From: Acanthaster planci
Lineage: Eukaryota
Length of the DNA: 64,000 bases
Reading direction: 5' to 3'
Assembly (NCBI RefSeq): GCF_001949145.1
Contig: NW_019091360.1
Span: forward strand, 1,733,599 to 1,797,598
Below, one piece after another: positions 37,301-51,380 of the stretch (position 1 is its first letter; each line of letters begins with the position of its first letter). The notes below the pieces were generated by a model, which was not told the DNA's origin, did no database searches, and worked only from the letters and a program-made list of their open reading frames with translations. The position numbers and the translations under genes were made by a program.

Positions 37301-40300
37301 CTACAAGTAAGACACAAAACAAGTTAAAAGAAGAGGCCTATACCACCAGCAATGAGGTCTTCAAGGAACCGTGCGCGTTTCACAAATTCCTACATGAGGA
37401 TGCACATGTATTAGCTGGGCCTTCCTGCACCCGTAACACAGGAGTCTTTGCCAATTTTGTATACAGTGTCGGGTGACGTCTATCCTCATCCCCACAGTTC
37501 AGTGATTCTCATTTGGATAAGCATACATGCAGAGGCTCAAGGTTGAGCATGTATGGAGATTGAGTGTTAAGTAGACTCCTCGACTGGCCACTGATATCAC
37601 CGGCCGTTGAGGGCCGGCGCTTTGCCAAGCATTACAGTACATATCGCTCAGTGACACTGTCTCAGGGTTTCAAAAAGCAACAACCAAACGATATGTAGAA
37701 TTTTAAAGCAAACGACTATCTATCAACATCTGGAAAGTCGATTTTGTAAAGGACTGTGACAAAGGAATCTTGTTGTTTAACAAGTTGAAACTTTGGGCCC
37801 CAAAAGTTCTCACGGTTGGCGTGACGTAACTATAGACTTTTAACACACGGCAAAGGGGCAAAGTTTAGCCTTTGTGCGATTCAATAATGTACAGAAGCTC
37901 CTGGACATCCGACAGCGAGAATACCGCGCTAGGGACAAGTTTGTTGTGGAATGATACTGTCCGCGACTGGCTTTAAACATGCATTCCTCCAGTTCTTTCA
38001 AAATTTACCAGCAGGTTCTGGAGGATTTCAAAGGATTGAAGAAGTCACCTATTATGAGGCTTGAAACTCTTCAAAATAAAACTTACAAAGAACATGCAAC
38101 TAGGTTCCCACACAAAGTTGGATTATCGAAATTCTGAAAGGTTCCAAGTAAAACATAATATAAAGTTTATCTTACATATGTGTGCATGTGTATCTCAGCA
38201 GAGAAACTTGTATACGTGTTATTAATGATAAATCTCTACGTGAAATGTTTATCCAATATTCAATCATTAAAATAACAGTTAAATATCTGAAGGACTTTCC
38301 ACTGCTTTCAAAGAGAATTTCTGATTTACCTTCAAGATGAAGGACTGTAATTACATGTAGACGTGACACAAACACCAAAAACTGTTTATGAAGGAACTTT
38401 TTCCGTGACAAAACGCCACAAGTAACTTCCTAACAGCACAAGAAAATCGAACATTTTGAGTGACCAAAAGTTTCCAAACCTGTCAATTTTTCCCCGGAGC
38501 TACTCAGTGATTGAGCTGCTTCTCTTGAGGAACTAGAAGGTCACTACATTGTATTCCCGTTCCCACGACACCGTGTCAAGGCAACGCTGAAGTTCGCACA
38601 TGTCCACAACTGAGCTATCACTTAACTTTGAGTGGGCGGGTTTTCCCAAGATCCTCAACTGACCAAGGGTATTCCCCCGCCCACGCACACATAACACTGA
38701 AATTTCCTTCCTCGTCAATCTCGCTGCTTATTTTTGGTGCTGGCACTCTGCTCACTTCCACGTGATCACACTCACTTTCTACTGCACTTACGGAAGGAGC
38801 TGACCAAAAAAGGGACCAAGAAACCTTACCGTGTCAATGCAATGCCATTTTTGGTTTGGTACAGTCCTTGTAAGTGTTCCAGTTTTAATTTCAGTTTCTG
38901 TTTAGCCATTTCAATTTGGACTTTAGTGCTTTTATTGACTTGTATGGTGCAAATTTTCAAATTCATGAACAAACTATGCTGTCATAGGCAAATAAATGCA
39001 GAAATGTTTAATACTTTGCTTTTTCCTTGTCTTTGGTGACTTACCGTTGTACAAGTACACCTCACTAACCCTTTCTCACAATTCTCTTCTTTCTTTCAGT
39101 TACATGTAGCACATTTTGGGTTCAAAATTTAAAAACAAGAAAACATTTATAGGAAACTGAACACTGTCTTGCCTGAATGACATCACAATGGAAGCGCCCT
39201 CAGTAGTCCAGAAAGGCATCAGCAGTTTTAGTGTTTTAAAAAGATGTTGACTGCGGGCATCTCACAATAGCCCTTTTTCACCCATGTGACTGGATTGCGC
39301 TACATGTAAACAATACCACCACTTGTGGACCGCCGTGACCACGGTGATTGCATATATTCCTATGGGCAGCTTCAACCACATACAAGCGCATGTGTGAACA
39401 CTGCATGCTTGACAAGTTTTCATCTTGAATAAGTAGATTACCATCACAGCACTACGCACACATTACCATCACAACACATTGCGGGTCCAGCATGATTGTG
39501 ACATCACAGGGAAAAGGTCTACAGTGCGCTGCCATGAGTTTGCAACGCAGTGACCACTGCACACAATGCGTGTTTGAATGGGTTGATACCTTTCGCGTAT
39601 CATGATTGGCCAATGCATTGTAAATTCTTGGTGGCGCACTTTTGTGAAACGCTCGTAGTAAGTTTCGTAGAAGAGTAAATTGCTTAAAAAGAAAAAATTG
39701 TCACATGGAGCCTTGAAAATTACCTACCACATTTACCACAGTCAGGTTGCAAAGCTATTTCCAATGTTATTTTATCCTATTGAATTTGAAATTCTTCCAT
39801 AAACCAGTGGCATCTTCAAAGACCTGTGACCTGAGGCAGAACCCAAATACATGCATGTAGAAACACTGTAAAACTCAAGCCGTACATGTACATTTTGTCC
39901 CCTGGATCAACAGAGCTGTCAATCGCATTCCGAAAGGGTTGGCTTTATTCCACTGAGCGTTTGTAAAATCTCTTAATGCAGGTCGTGTTCATAACATCAC
40001 AATGTAGGTTCCGTTCAAACATAAAATCTGCAGATTGATTTTCAATTTTGTTTGTTCAAAATACATTTACACATCCAGCCCTTAATATACCAGTACAAGT
40101 ACCAAAATATACGTTCGTGTCTACAGGACTATCGTTTACTTTTTGAACTTGGAGATTTCAAACTCGAAGATGTTCATGATACATGTACTGAGTACATGCA
40201 GTGTACTGTACGTGTGTATTATTTTTGACTGGCAAGATTGTGATTGTAGGTGAGATGCTGGACTACTGTACTAAGTGACAAATTGACAAACACAGTGCCT

Positions 40301-43300
40301 TTTTCAAATTAACTTTCCATTCCGGTCTCAGATTTTTGCCGCTAAACGATCAGCAACGTCTTCCTCAAATCATCGCATTACCTTTGTACCACATACAGGA
40401 ACATGTAACTTGGAATGGAAACGGATGGAGGATTTACATGCATTAGGGCAAGTGGTGGTACAAAGGATGCCATTTGCCTCACATGAAAAGTGCAAGAGAA
40501 TTGGTATTAATTGTAAATTATCGCCAGTGGCCCACAACTGATAGACAAGCAATGACAGCTAAAAGTACATGGCCAAATGGCGGGGCTGGGCTCTCAATAT
40601 TCATTCACCACACGTGACTCATGCGCCATAAACGAAGCAATGACCTCAGTACAACATAATATCATGTTCACAGAGTACAACGTACATGTACATATCAACA
40701 CCATACATGTACATGTAGGTATGAACACCTTGATCTCATTACCCAACTGGTACATGTATCTTGCAAGTGTGATAACATGTTTTTACCGGAGTACCGGTGC
40801 ATCTAAGATGGCCACTCCTGGCTCCCAACCCCTTACACACTGAGCATGAGACTCGTGCATGCGTATTTCAGGTTGTTCTTGCAAGTCTCGCACCCGCGTG
40901 GGTCTTCTTAAGTTGTGAATTTCACGTCAAGTTCACAAATAACCTTTCCAGACAAATATACCAGTGCACTTCATGAATAATTTAACTTTCAGATTGAAAA
41001 CAGATCGAAAAGAATCTGAAACTTTCAGTCCTGAAAAGGACAAAACCTTTTACTTTGTCTCGCTCCCCCCCCCAAAAAAATGATCCTTCCTCCAGGTGCT
41101 TCACTCCCTCACCAATTCTCACTTGCAAGGTCCCCTTACCCAGAGTTGGCGCTAGCCAGCCCTGGACTATTGCTCATAACACACCTGTCCGTGCATCCAG
41201 AGCGCTTAGCCACCAACTGTACTTGTTCTGCAGTTAGGAGGACAAACACTTGTCCTCACATTTTGTGGTGACCGAAAATGTTGTGGGGACAGAAAAAAGT
41301 CCCCACAACTCGGTCCTCATTTGCCAAACAAAAGAAATTGTCCCCTTGATGTGATGAACACCTGCCGAAACATACCGGTATTTACCTTGAACACATTTAC
41401 CTTCCATAGTGCGGACATTCCTTTCCTTTCGTACAGTTGAGAAAACTTGGGCAAATACTAATTTTTTTGGTATTGTGCATAGTTGTGCATACACTGTACA
41501 CGTTGAAACTTAAGCTGCATACATGTATTTGCATTTTTCCAAACTACATTTCCAACACCCAATTTCAAATTGATTGCTAAAAACATCGGAAAACGACGCG
41601 CATTAAAGATAGCAGTTTTAAAACTGGCCAAGTATTTTTCTGGATGTTAAGCTGCGACAAATTCATTTACGCACCCCTCAAAATCAAATGTCAACAACAA
41701 AAGCATAATTACGTATGTGTGTGTAATTCCCTGTTTCTGCCAAAATTGAAAACTTCACACTAATTTACCGTTAGCACATGCATGAGAGCCACCCGGAAAT
41801 TTTATAGTCTGATGAGGGTCATTCACCTGAGTGAAACTAATGAATTATAACAGAACGCATACATTTAATAGGCATGACTCAGTTTTAAAAAAGTTCAAAA
41901 TAATCGCTCTTCTCAAAGGGTGACCAGGTGCATGTATTATGGATGTTCAAATGGTGGTCTCATTTTCAGCTAGCTTCAACCTGAACTCAGTGGGGATTCT
42001 GTGGAGCTAAGTCCAAAATGTGCTCTGGTTCACACATTTGACAGTAACTCTGGAGCTGGAGCTAAAGTAGAGCTTCAGGTACATCCATGGAAGAATGGTC
42101 TATCATCCTGTCTTATGGCTGCAAACATGCATGAACTGCATCATATTAAGTGAATTGACTGACAATTTACTTCTTAGAAACCTCTACATTTCCTCCTTGG
42201 AATTGGACCCAGTCAGAGGAGGCACTGTTTTTGTGTTTTTGCGAGGTTTGCAAGGACTGGCTTTTCATCTGTGACAAAAGAGGCAAGCAGACTGTTTTTG
42301 AAAGTTAATTTACACGCAAAAACAAAAATAATTAAAGACAATTCAGGCATGCAAGTTCACCGGATGGCCTACAGATAGACCTCCGTGACACAAAAATAAG
42401 GCAAACATTGGTTGGTCATGTCAAGACTGGCAAGGCCTGCTGTGCTCCGAAGACAAAGAAACCGACAGGGCTAGGTCGCAAAAGAAACCCCAACTGAGCT
42501 GGAAGCAGAGCTAGCCCCACAAACTAGAACCAGGGCTGAATATAGTTTCAGAGCTACCTCTGGAGGTAAAGTGAGTTGCTCTCAAGTTGTATCTATTTCA
42601 GATGGAGCCAAGGTAGCCATCTCCAGAAACACTGACAATCCTCTGTCTGAACAACCCACAAGTTAAAAAAGATGGTTACACTAGTTAATCCTCTTTTACG
42701 GTTATTTATCATACATATCAGTAAACTAACATACATGTATGTACATATACCACATCTGTAGTAAATGTATGTACACAGGAGCTTAACAAGCTTGAGTCAT
42801 CAAGTGCAGCAATGGTACAGTAATTGCCTTAACCGTGCATAATTTTCTTCTCCATTAGAATGTTGCATTTTTTTTTCCATTAAAATATTGTGTGGTTTTT
42901 CTTTTTAAGTTCTTTTTAACCACTTTTGCTGGTGCTATTATATTAGGCTGAAATTTTAATTTCTAAAAGGGCAAGTTACGGTGACCTACTTTTGATATAC
43001 ATACCACAACCAAATGCCAGAGATACTGATTGGAAGGAGTCATTTGAGCAAAACATTGAATATATTGTATGACGTCTCTAACCACAACCTCTATTTTTCA
43101 ACACTTCCAGGGTGCACCCACAAGAGGGACATTTGCTACAACAAGGGCTTGATGTCAGCCAACTTCAAGTTCAGCACACCGTCTATCTCCAAAAGAATTC
43201 TGGGACTTTCTAGAGCATGCGCAGGACAAATGGGGATTAGCTTTTTTTTTTAGATGTCAGCCAGAGTTGAACAGCGGCAAGCTTGATGCTTGAACCTGTC

Positions 43301-43464
43301 AGCCGTGATTTGGTGCTTTAGGATTGGATACTGTGAGGGACAAAAACTGGCAGATGGGTCAGACCTGGGATGCAAAATAGCATGGCTTGCGTCATTCGCA
43401 GAGGATGCGAGAAAATGTGTCAGAAGGCGACGCCAGTTATGACACCGGATTGGCTTGCCAAAAA

Positions 43465-43591
43465 AATGACTTGTGTCTTGGGACTTGACTTTGAAGAAAT
43501 TCAGGAAAACATGATTTGGGGACTTGTGGCTTGACTTGAACTTTTTAAAAAAAGGACTCTTGGCTTGACAAATGACTTTGTCACATCACTG
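43465..43591. mobile_element. Possible hAT-like element terminus
   Basis: Clustered GACTTG repeats ending in ACATCACTG (reverse complement CAGTGATGT). The other end was not identified. Confidence 0.35.
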
Positions 43592-45716
43592 CTTTTTACC
43601 AGTAGTAAAGGTTTCTCATGGTGCAACCAACAGTCTCTCAATTAGCCAGAAATTGTAACACTTTGAAAGAAAAGGATCCTGACCCAAACAGCAACGCACC
43701 TTGAGCATAATGAACTTCAGATTGTTTGGATCATTCTGCTCACTGCGGATTCAAATCCAACCAGAGCAGAGTGCAGTCCTACTTGCCTCTCCTTGTACAT
43801 AAGGCACTCGGTGGTTGTGACTAAAACCACATCCGGCACTGGACTTTTTCAGGAAGATCTCACCAAGACAATGGTATAATGAAAAATGAGCTGTCAATAT
43901 AATGACTCATGCGGGTGCTTTGTGTGGCATTTCTACATTTACCCGCATGTCAGGATTTTCTTTCATCGTAAGACACGACGTCGATGTCCTTCATCATCTG
44001 GGAATGATGCACTGTCAAACTTCCGACCGATCGATAATGACATCGGCCATGACTGAGACTGAAAAATGGAGCAACGCACTGGAAACGTGCCACATATGCC
44101 AAAGAGAACACACGGCGTCCGTGTGCGGCATGCATGTACATGTAACCTCACACTCGCACAGGCCAGATGTACACTGCTTTACTGACTTGATCTTTCCACA
44201 GAGTACTTATCGCCTGGGGACAACTTACGCGTATCTGGTCGGTCTTCCTGGGCCGCAACTGGCCAGTAGAAGAGACCACTGGAGTCCGAAACAGCCAATA
44301 AGAGGACAATGTTCCAGGCTGTCTGCACTGGACTTTCAAATGGGAAAAGTACCGGTCCCACCTTCTTGGTAAGCCTTAAAGAAAGAGAGTCCAGTGCGGA
44401 TAAGGTTAAAGTCACAAAAGGTCATGACTGTAGCTCAAGTGCTTTGTATTTAAGCGATTTTTGTGCACAGTTTCTTCTAATAAGGAAAGAAACGAGGGCT
44501 GGTCATGTACTTTTGACAGAATGTGGGAAGGAAAGGGGGAGGATGCACACCAGGATTCAGGTTTTGTGCCAGCCAGGCTTGCGGGGGCTCAAGCCACCAC
44601 AGGCATGATCTGTGGATGAGATTGACCAATGATAAAAATTGCTGAAAACAGCTGAAAAAATACGCAAGGAAGCTGAACTGTGAAAATTTCCCATACTTTT
44701 GTACACAGCTATTGAGGAAAAAAAGCCGAAATCCCACACAAAAAAGCTGATATCAGCTGAAAAGCTGAGAAATTTCACCCCTGGTCTTTGTAAAGGGCAT
44801 ATTTCATATGATGGATATTCCAGCCTAAATGTACTGTGCATGTACAGATCGACTGCAATAGACAAAAAGTCAAGTGAACTCCACATTTGACCTGGAAATC
44901 TGAGGTTGATAACACCCACACACATGAAACTAAACGGGGCGCCTAAAACCTCCTCCGACAATGCTACAAAAACAGGTGCCACATTTCCAAATATGTACCT
45001 GCTCACCAATGTCAATGTCAAAAGAAAGCAACCGTGAACTGAATTTCAAACAGTCACCTAAATTGTCCTTTCCAAATTGACAAGTAAATGTGAGAAACCT
45101 TTCCTGTTTATAATACATGCACATATTCATTCAGTCACTGGTTACAGGTAAAACTGTCAGCTTTTCAAGTTGCAATACTGTGCATCAAGGCAATTAATCC
45201 ACGACACTTTGAGCTGTTGAGTTGCCAACTATGGGCGAAAGTTGAGAGAACGGTTGAAGATGTAGTCACAACAGCCTGTCAGTGTTCCTGACAACCTTTA
45301 ATGAATTGAGCACATTCCAAGAATGGCCAGAGTACCTGGATGCCTGGTCAGAGATGTTCATGTAATAGTAGGCCCTACATACCGATACATGTACTGGTGA
45401 AGGGCATTCGATCGTGCACAAATTTTGCTCTTCGCTGTGAACTGGTCAGCTAGAGCACCATTCGCTGATACTTGTAATGTCCACTTGAATACATGTACCA
45501 GTACATAGGTGTGTACATATAAATGCACCGTACAATGTACAAAAGTTGACAAAGTACCAGGTGACGGCTGTTGAGCCCATCGCAAGTCCTCTTGCAAGTC
45601 CATGCATGCACTGTAAAGTAGTGAAATGCTCCTCGGTTTCAAGTAATGTATAGCACTTTGTAACAGCGAAGTGCAGTTCCAACCAAAGGTGCCTCCGTTG
45701 CTAGGAAAAAAGCACC

Positions 45717-45924
45717 CTGTCCAGCTCGGGGCTCATTTTGTTCTGTCCAGCTCGGGGCTCATTTTGTTTTGTCCAGCTCGGGGCTCATTTTGTTCTGTCC
45801 AGCTCGGGGCTCATTTTGTTCTGTCCAGCTCGGGGCTCATTTTGTTCTGTCCAGCTCGGGGCTCATTTTGTTCTGTCCAGCTCGGGGCTCATTTTGTTCT
45901 GTCCAGCTCGGGGCTCATTTTGTT
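45717..45924. repeat. Young minisatellite: 8 x 26 bp (CTGTCCAGCTCGGGGCTCATTTTGTT)
   Basis: 208 bp = 8 contiguous units with a single substitution (copy 3) and no spacers. Confidence 0.97.
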
Positions 45925-47115
45925 CTGCAAGAGTATACTCTTCTTCAATATTTGAAAGCAATTTAACACTCATCAGGTTAAATGGACTGAAAAGAGCACT
46001 TTTTAAAAAACATTTTAAGTTATCCGTACTTGGACAACTGAGGGCAGTATTACTGTGATGTCATCCAGGGAATACATGGTTCAGTGCACAGGCTTTTCTA
46101 TTCTGACTGCAAAAACGGATTGAAATTTACTCATTGAAAATGTCTCTATGGAAGTGTTGCCTGCTTGCTGATTGCTACCGGTATGTACATGTAAATTTAC
46201 TTACACAACAATGAACCACCAAAGAAGACAAAATCAGGCCGGCAAAATCTTTTAAAAATGCATTATGCACACATAATGCAACATTGAGGCTTAACATTGA
46301 GATCAAGAGCAGAACAGCCATTCTGACAATGTGTTCCTCGGGCGGAAGCGGTCCCATGGTAACATGTCTAAATAAAATAAGGTCACTGAGCAGGCAATCA
46401 AATGCCAACATGGCAACAATCCAGGACGCACAGAAACAATCCCTGAGCTACGATCTTTACACATAACCCTTTGACACTTGGTGTTCTCCCCTCCCCCAAC
46501 CCTAAGGTGACAGCTTGTACAATTATTTCCCAGCAAACACGTTCCTTCGTGGACACATGGGCCCGATCCTCACCCAGCGACAATGCGGAAACTATCACTC
46601 AGATGGGAACTGTTTCCTGTTTCTATTGGTACGTTTGAAGCCAAGCTTCCTTGTGCTCTGCATGTTAGACACAACCAGTTTATTCCCAGCGGGAACACTG
46701 TGCGTACATTGGGTTTTGCTTGAAAATGCATATGTGAACATTTCCGTTCCTAGAGGAAATAGGTATCATTTCACAGGTTCATTTGCCAATATGTTTGTGC
46801 ATTTTCTCTCCTGCCAGCCAAATTCCTAAAAGTATACTCTGAAAACTTTCTAAAAATGGGATTAAATCAAAGGGGTTTGCAAGTACGGGGTGACTGACTG
46901 TAACACTGCAAAGGAATGAAGGTTGTGGAAGCAGTGATCATCCTTGTTCAAGAGTTTAAAATAATTTGCATTGTGCACAGCTAAGAAAGATTTTTGAGAA
47001 GTTGAGGGAAAGTTCATTACACAGCTGTGGCACAAGATCTGTGGTTTCGTATATTGCGAAGCTATGCCAAGATTTGAGATATCAGCTGCACGGTCACGCT
47101 GCACTTTTCACGCAC

Positions 47116-47362
47116 CTTTGGGTTGTCGGTTGTAATCTTTCGGCAGGCCCCGTCAGCATCCTCGGCATCGCAGGTCCCGATCCCCAAGTAGTACTTGCCT
47201 TTGCGGCTGTGCCTGGGGAAGGCCTGGCGTACCACCACCCCAATCTCCAAGTCGCTGATGGGACTGTGGAACTCCTTGAAGAGGATCTGGCGGATGTCCT
47301 CGCGGTAGGTCCTCAAGCTGGAGGGGCCATCAACGGGGCCTTCCTTCAGCTTGGTCTTGAGC
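47116..47362 (-). CDS. Coding exon (first confidently placed) of a large putative transcription factor/corepressor; RFX-like winged-helix segment
   Basis: Acceptor tttgctttgtatcaag|G and donor AAG|gtgcgt; 247 nt, phase 2 to phase 0; GC-rich codons. Translation LKTKLKEGPVDGPSSLRTYREDIRQILFKEFHSPISDLEIGVVVRQAFPRHSRKGKYYLGIGTC...DNPK resembles the RFX DNA-binding-domain end (G..vR..FP...R.....Y.GI). The domain call is by eye. Confidence 0.8.
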
Positions 47363-49711
47363 CTTGATACAAAGCAAATTCCATTTCCACAATTATTTTC
47401 TCGGCAGAGATGTGGACACATGCGTACCTTTCTTATGGGGCTGGAAGTACTACCAGAGTGCAAAATTAGACCAAAAAAGTGCTCTGACAAAATGTTATAA
47501 CATAATCAATTTTGTTCTGCCGTTACCAGCTTTTGATCTGCCATTTTATATAAAAGGTAGAGATGGGGCTCCCAATCCTCATTATTATTTTTATCCAGAC
47601 TACAGGGACTGGGAAACAGTCCAACTTGGAGCACGTTTGAGCCGGGACTAAGGGCTGCATTCGAGTGAGCTACTCCTGTTCGGCAGGAGTAGGACCTGCG
47701 GGTCAACAGAGGTCATTACTACATGTACATTAGTCAATACAGTAGATGCACAGATTACTTGGTTACAACTTTCTATCAGAGTTCAAAAAAAGGAACAAGA
47801 CCTGACTTGTTAACCCTCTTAAATTCCAGACTTTATGGAGCCACAAATTCCAACATCTGGAATTGCAACCTGTAGTTTCTTTGGACTTCCCGTACACCTG
47901 CACCGCTACATGTATGTACATGTACATGTATTCTTCATGTACACACATGTGATGATTAATATCTACAGTGCCATGCTTCATGACTTCGGCACTCACTGAT
48001 TAATGTTACCATTGACAGAAATTCAGAATGACAAGAGATATGGACTTAAACCTGCCCCTGAGACTATATCAAGTTGATTCTTCAAGACAGTTTTCCCCTT
48101 TCTGTGCACATACACCAGGTCGGATTCCCTGAAAGAAATGATGTGACACCCTGTTGACGGTTGGAAGCATTTCTCTGAATTGGACGTGCGTCAGCCCAGC
48201 ACACAAGCCAAACGGTCTCAAGAAATCAGTGTCAGTACACTGGTCTATGTGGGTGAGAAACACTGACCCAGTACGAGACATGCATATGTTGTACATGTAC
48301 ATACCGGGAAACACGATGGCTTGAACACAGACAAGCAGTGTCTCACAGCACTTGTGGAGTCCACAATTGCCAGTCTGCGCACACATGAATTTTCACTACT
48401 TTTGATTGTGACTCAAATGGGAAAAAAATACGGGAATACCAGTTGAACTCCCTGCTTGTTTTCATGAGCCCCATCGATTGGAGTTTACCATTGCTTTTGG
48501 AAACTCTGATAGGTCACCCAAGCCCAAAGGATAAGCAACATTTCTCCCCGGCAGAACGCTATTACCATCAATCATTTTAATCTGCACAGCAGTTGGGGGG
48601 TGGGAAGTATGGCCCAACACAGTGAAAGGCAATCGGCTATTCCATCATGTGAAGATCGTGGCTGAAAAAACAATCAAATCAGAAAACTGCCTTCAATATG
48701 CCCCCCCAAAAAGAAATCAGTTATACTCAAGCACAAGAGTTCACACACAAACACATACCACTGGTGTTACCGACCTACATGTACTCGTAGTGTGGACACT
48801 CCTTTGTTTTCGTGTAGCGAAGAACACCTGCTGAAAATACTAATTTTTCTTAAACTGTGAATTCCATTTCAAGCTAGATTTCGGACAGATGAGTTTCTGC
48901 GCCTGTTCCTCTCTATTTTGCAACAGAGCATCCTAACCCAGAGGGTAATCTGATGTACGCCTGGCTCAGTCCACCAGTGGTGAGAGCAGAGTAACCTGAA
49001 CTATCTACAAAAATAATCACTGGAGGTTTGGGCTATTTGAGGGCCCCACAGAAGCATTGGGTCTTTGGTATAGAGTACCGAAGTGAATACGACACGCGCG
49101 TGAACCAATGCGCGCACTTTCAATTTGTTTGTCAAAAACAACCCCTTAAAATACCCATGTCTTGTGTTCCATATCAATTTAGATATGTAAAAAGCACCTC
49201 GCTGGTAAACTGAGAATTTGAGAGATTAAAAACAAAATTATTTCAAAAATCCAGAAAATCCTGATGAAAAAAATCCCGACGTCAGAAAGATCCTGACAAA
49301 TCTCATCCTTGTCTCCACACAAGGTTTGCACAACCTGCATTTTTTGGGTTCACAAGGTCCCCCTCCCCCAGGTATGGTTTGTACAGGGATTCCTTCAACA
49401 CTTGTTCCTTTGTTAAAGGAGTTAGATCCCCAATGTAAATTGTGGCATGCAGCATGGTCTGTATCAGCTGGCCAATACTATCCAATTACATACAGCTGTG
49501 GTTGAATGTTTGGTCAGTATGTTTATCATCAGACAGGGCCGAGGGTCACTGAACCCTAGTTTCAGAAGATAATGAGAGTTGGTGTCTTCCTGTGGTTTGC
49601 AACAGGGATATGATTGTAATTTGTACACAAAACCAGAGGACAACAAGCTGCACTAAATTTATCTATATAATTGTATTTATTCTTTCTTTCTACCAGAGTA
49701 AAACTCCCTAG

Positions 49712-50438
49712 CACCGCGTTTACACTTGGCCCTACAAAGGAGCAATCAAGCGAGGGGATCAGATCCGTGCTGCGTTGACACTGAATCCTGATCCCGCGTG
49801 GCACTGATGAAGCGCTGCAACCTCAGGGTAAAGGTTATGCGAACAGTTCACTGATTACGCGGACTGGAGCAAGACGTCAGCCAGTATTACGTGTACTTAC
49901 GCGCTGTATATACGTCTCGTTGTCTTATCTTATTTAGTTTCAGATGAGACGATGAAAAATGGGGAAATGGAAGGTTTTGGATCAGTGATATACAGCAGTA
50001 ACGAAAGTCACTAAAGGCGACGCGGATAAAGCATGGGAATAGGCAAGTACCAGTTTACTACCAACTCACAGGAGGAAAGCACACAGGCTTCATTAGGAAC
50101 AAGTGTAATGCTGGTTATGTACATGTACTATACGTAGCGGCCGGACCAACAGCGTATGTATGGTGTGTGTATAATGTCATGTAACTATACATGACATGCA
50201 TGTAGGTCTTCAAGATGACACAGATTTGCTTTTCGCTTGCTTCAAGACTTGCACAGGATGTAATTACATCAAATTCCGGGATCTGATCTGGATCTGACCC
50301 AGCGTTGCATTTACACTTGCAAATTGATCCCACGCACGGGATCTGAACCGGATCTGATCCTTCCCGGGATCAGGATCTGATCCTGCGTTGCGTTTACAAA
50401 CATTTTTGATCCGGATCTGATCAAGTGTAAACGCAGTG
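49712..50438. mobile_element. Non-autonomous DNA transposon (727 bp), 17-bp TIR, 3-bp TSD
   Basis: TAG|CACCGCGTTTACACTTG ... CAAGTGTAAACGCAGTG|TAG (16/17 match), with GATCTGATCC/GGATC subterminal repeats at both ends. The superfamily (Harbinger versus CACTA) is unresolved. Confidence 0.75.
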
Positions 50439-51199
50439 TAGGTGAGGCAATAACAAATGTTCAGTTTTAGGGGTGGGAGGAACACCCTCGATAAATACCG
50501 AGTAGTCTGGGGAAAACCCATGGAATCAGGTAGGGCGAGAGCTAACCCAATTACGTGTCAGCCTGGGTGGGATTCCAAACCAAGCCACAGAGGTGGATCG
50601 CTGCGCTAAAACCTGACTCCCAAATATAAACGGGTATTTATGAAGTGCAGGTATCCACCACATCTGGAGCACCAACAAAAGCTCCAGACTATTTGATGGA
50701 CTTGACCGGAAAGTCTTGTCACGCCTACGGCTTATTTTGTCGCGACACTCTGAAACTTGACATTCATGCCCCTCAATCTTATAATAAAGGCAGAAAATGT
50801 TATAGTTGGACAAACTTTGTTCAACTCCTCGCTACACCAAGTCAAGAGAAATACAAATAAAAGTGAGTTCAAGGTTGCGATTAAGATACCCGGTATGTCT
50901 TTTTAATTAATTTTACGATTGTTATGTTTTTCTTTTACAATTTAATATATCATGGAAATCTGTAACTTATATTTCAATACTGTCGGTGCTTTCTATGTAA
51001 TCTTGTTGCTTCTTATTAATTTTATCAGTGTTTACTTACATTTTGGATATCGTTTTTTTCTTCTATAATTCTCTTGCTTCTTGAAATTTCGATGTTTGAT
51101 CACATTTATATTTTCAAAATATTATACCGACCTGTACAGCGCTTTTGAATCGTTTACTAGAAATGGAGCTTATGAAATAAAATCATACGTTAAATGTCA

Positions 51200-51380
51200 C
51201 ATCCTTCTCATCCCTGCCTCTGGAACATTCCAAATACATGTACATGTATCTCAGCTCCCTGGGAAGCACCGGTATATAACTCCAAGCAGCCGTTTTGGAA
51301 CTAAGCAGCAAAATCAACCATAATAGCCGTCTCCACCCCCATGGGAACCAACTGGAACATGTAAAGAGCACATTGCAGGG
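51200..51380 (-). mobile_element. Degenerate partial copy of the same SINE family
   Basis: Shares atccctgc, gaacattcc, tctcagctccctggg and gcc.ttttgg in the same order as 5230-5330. Confidence 0.55.

Noticed and set aside
45717..45924. 26-bp direct repeats as a CRISPR array
   Set aside because: Units are contiguous with no spacers, there are no cas genes, and the context is a eukaryotic intron. The overlapping repetitive ORFs are artefacts of the array.
47116..47362. Assigning a canonical RFX gene symbol
   Set aside because: The canonical RRLGTRG..KYHYYG signature and downstream RFX domains are absent; the similarity is only fold-level and by eye.
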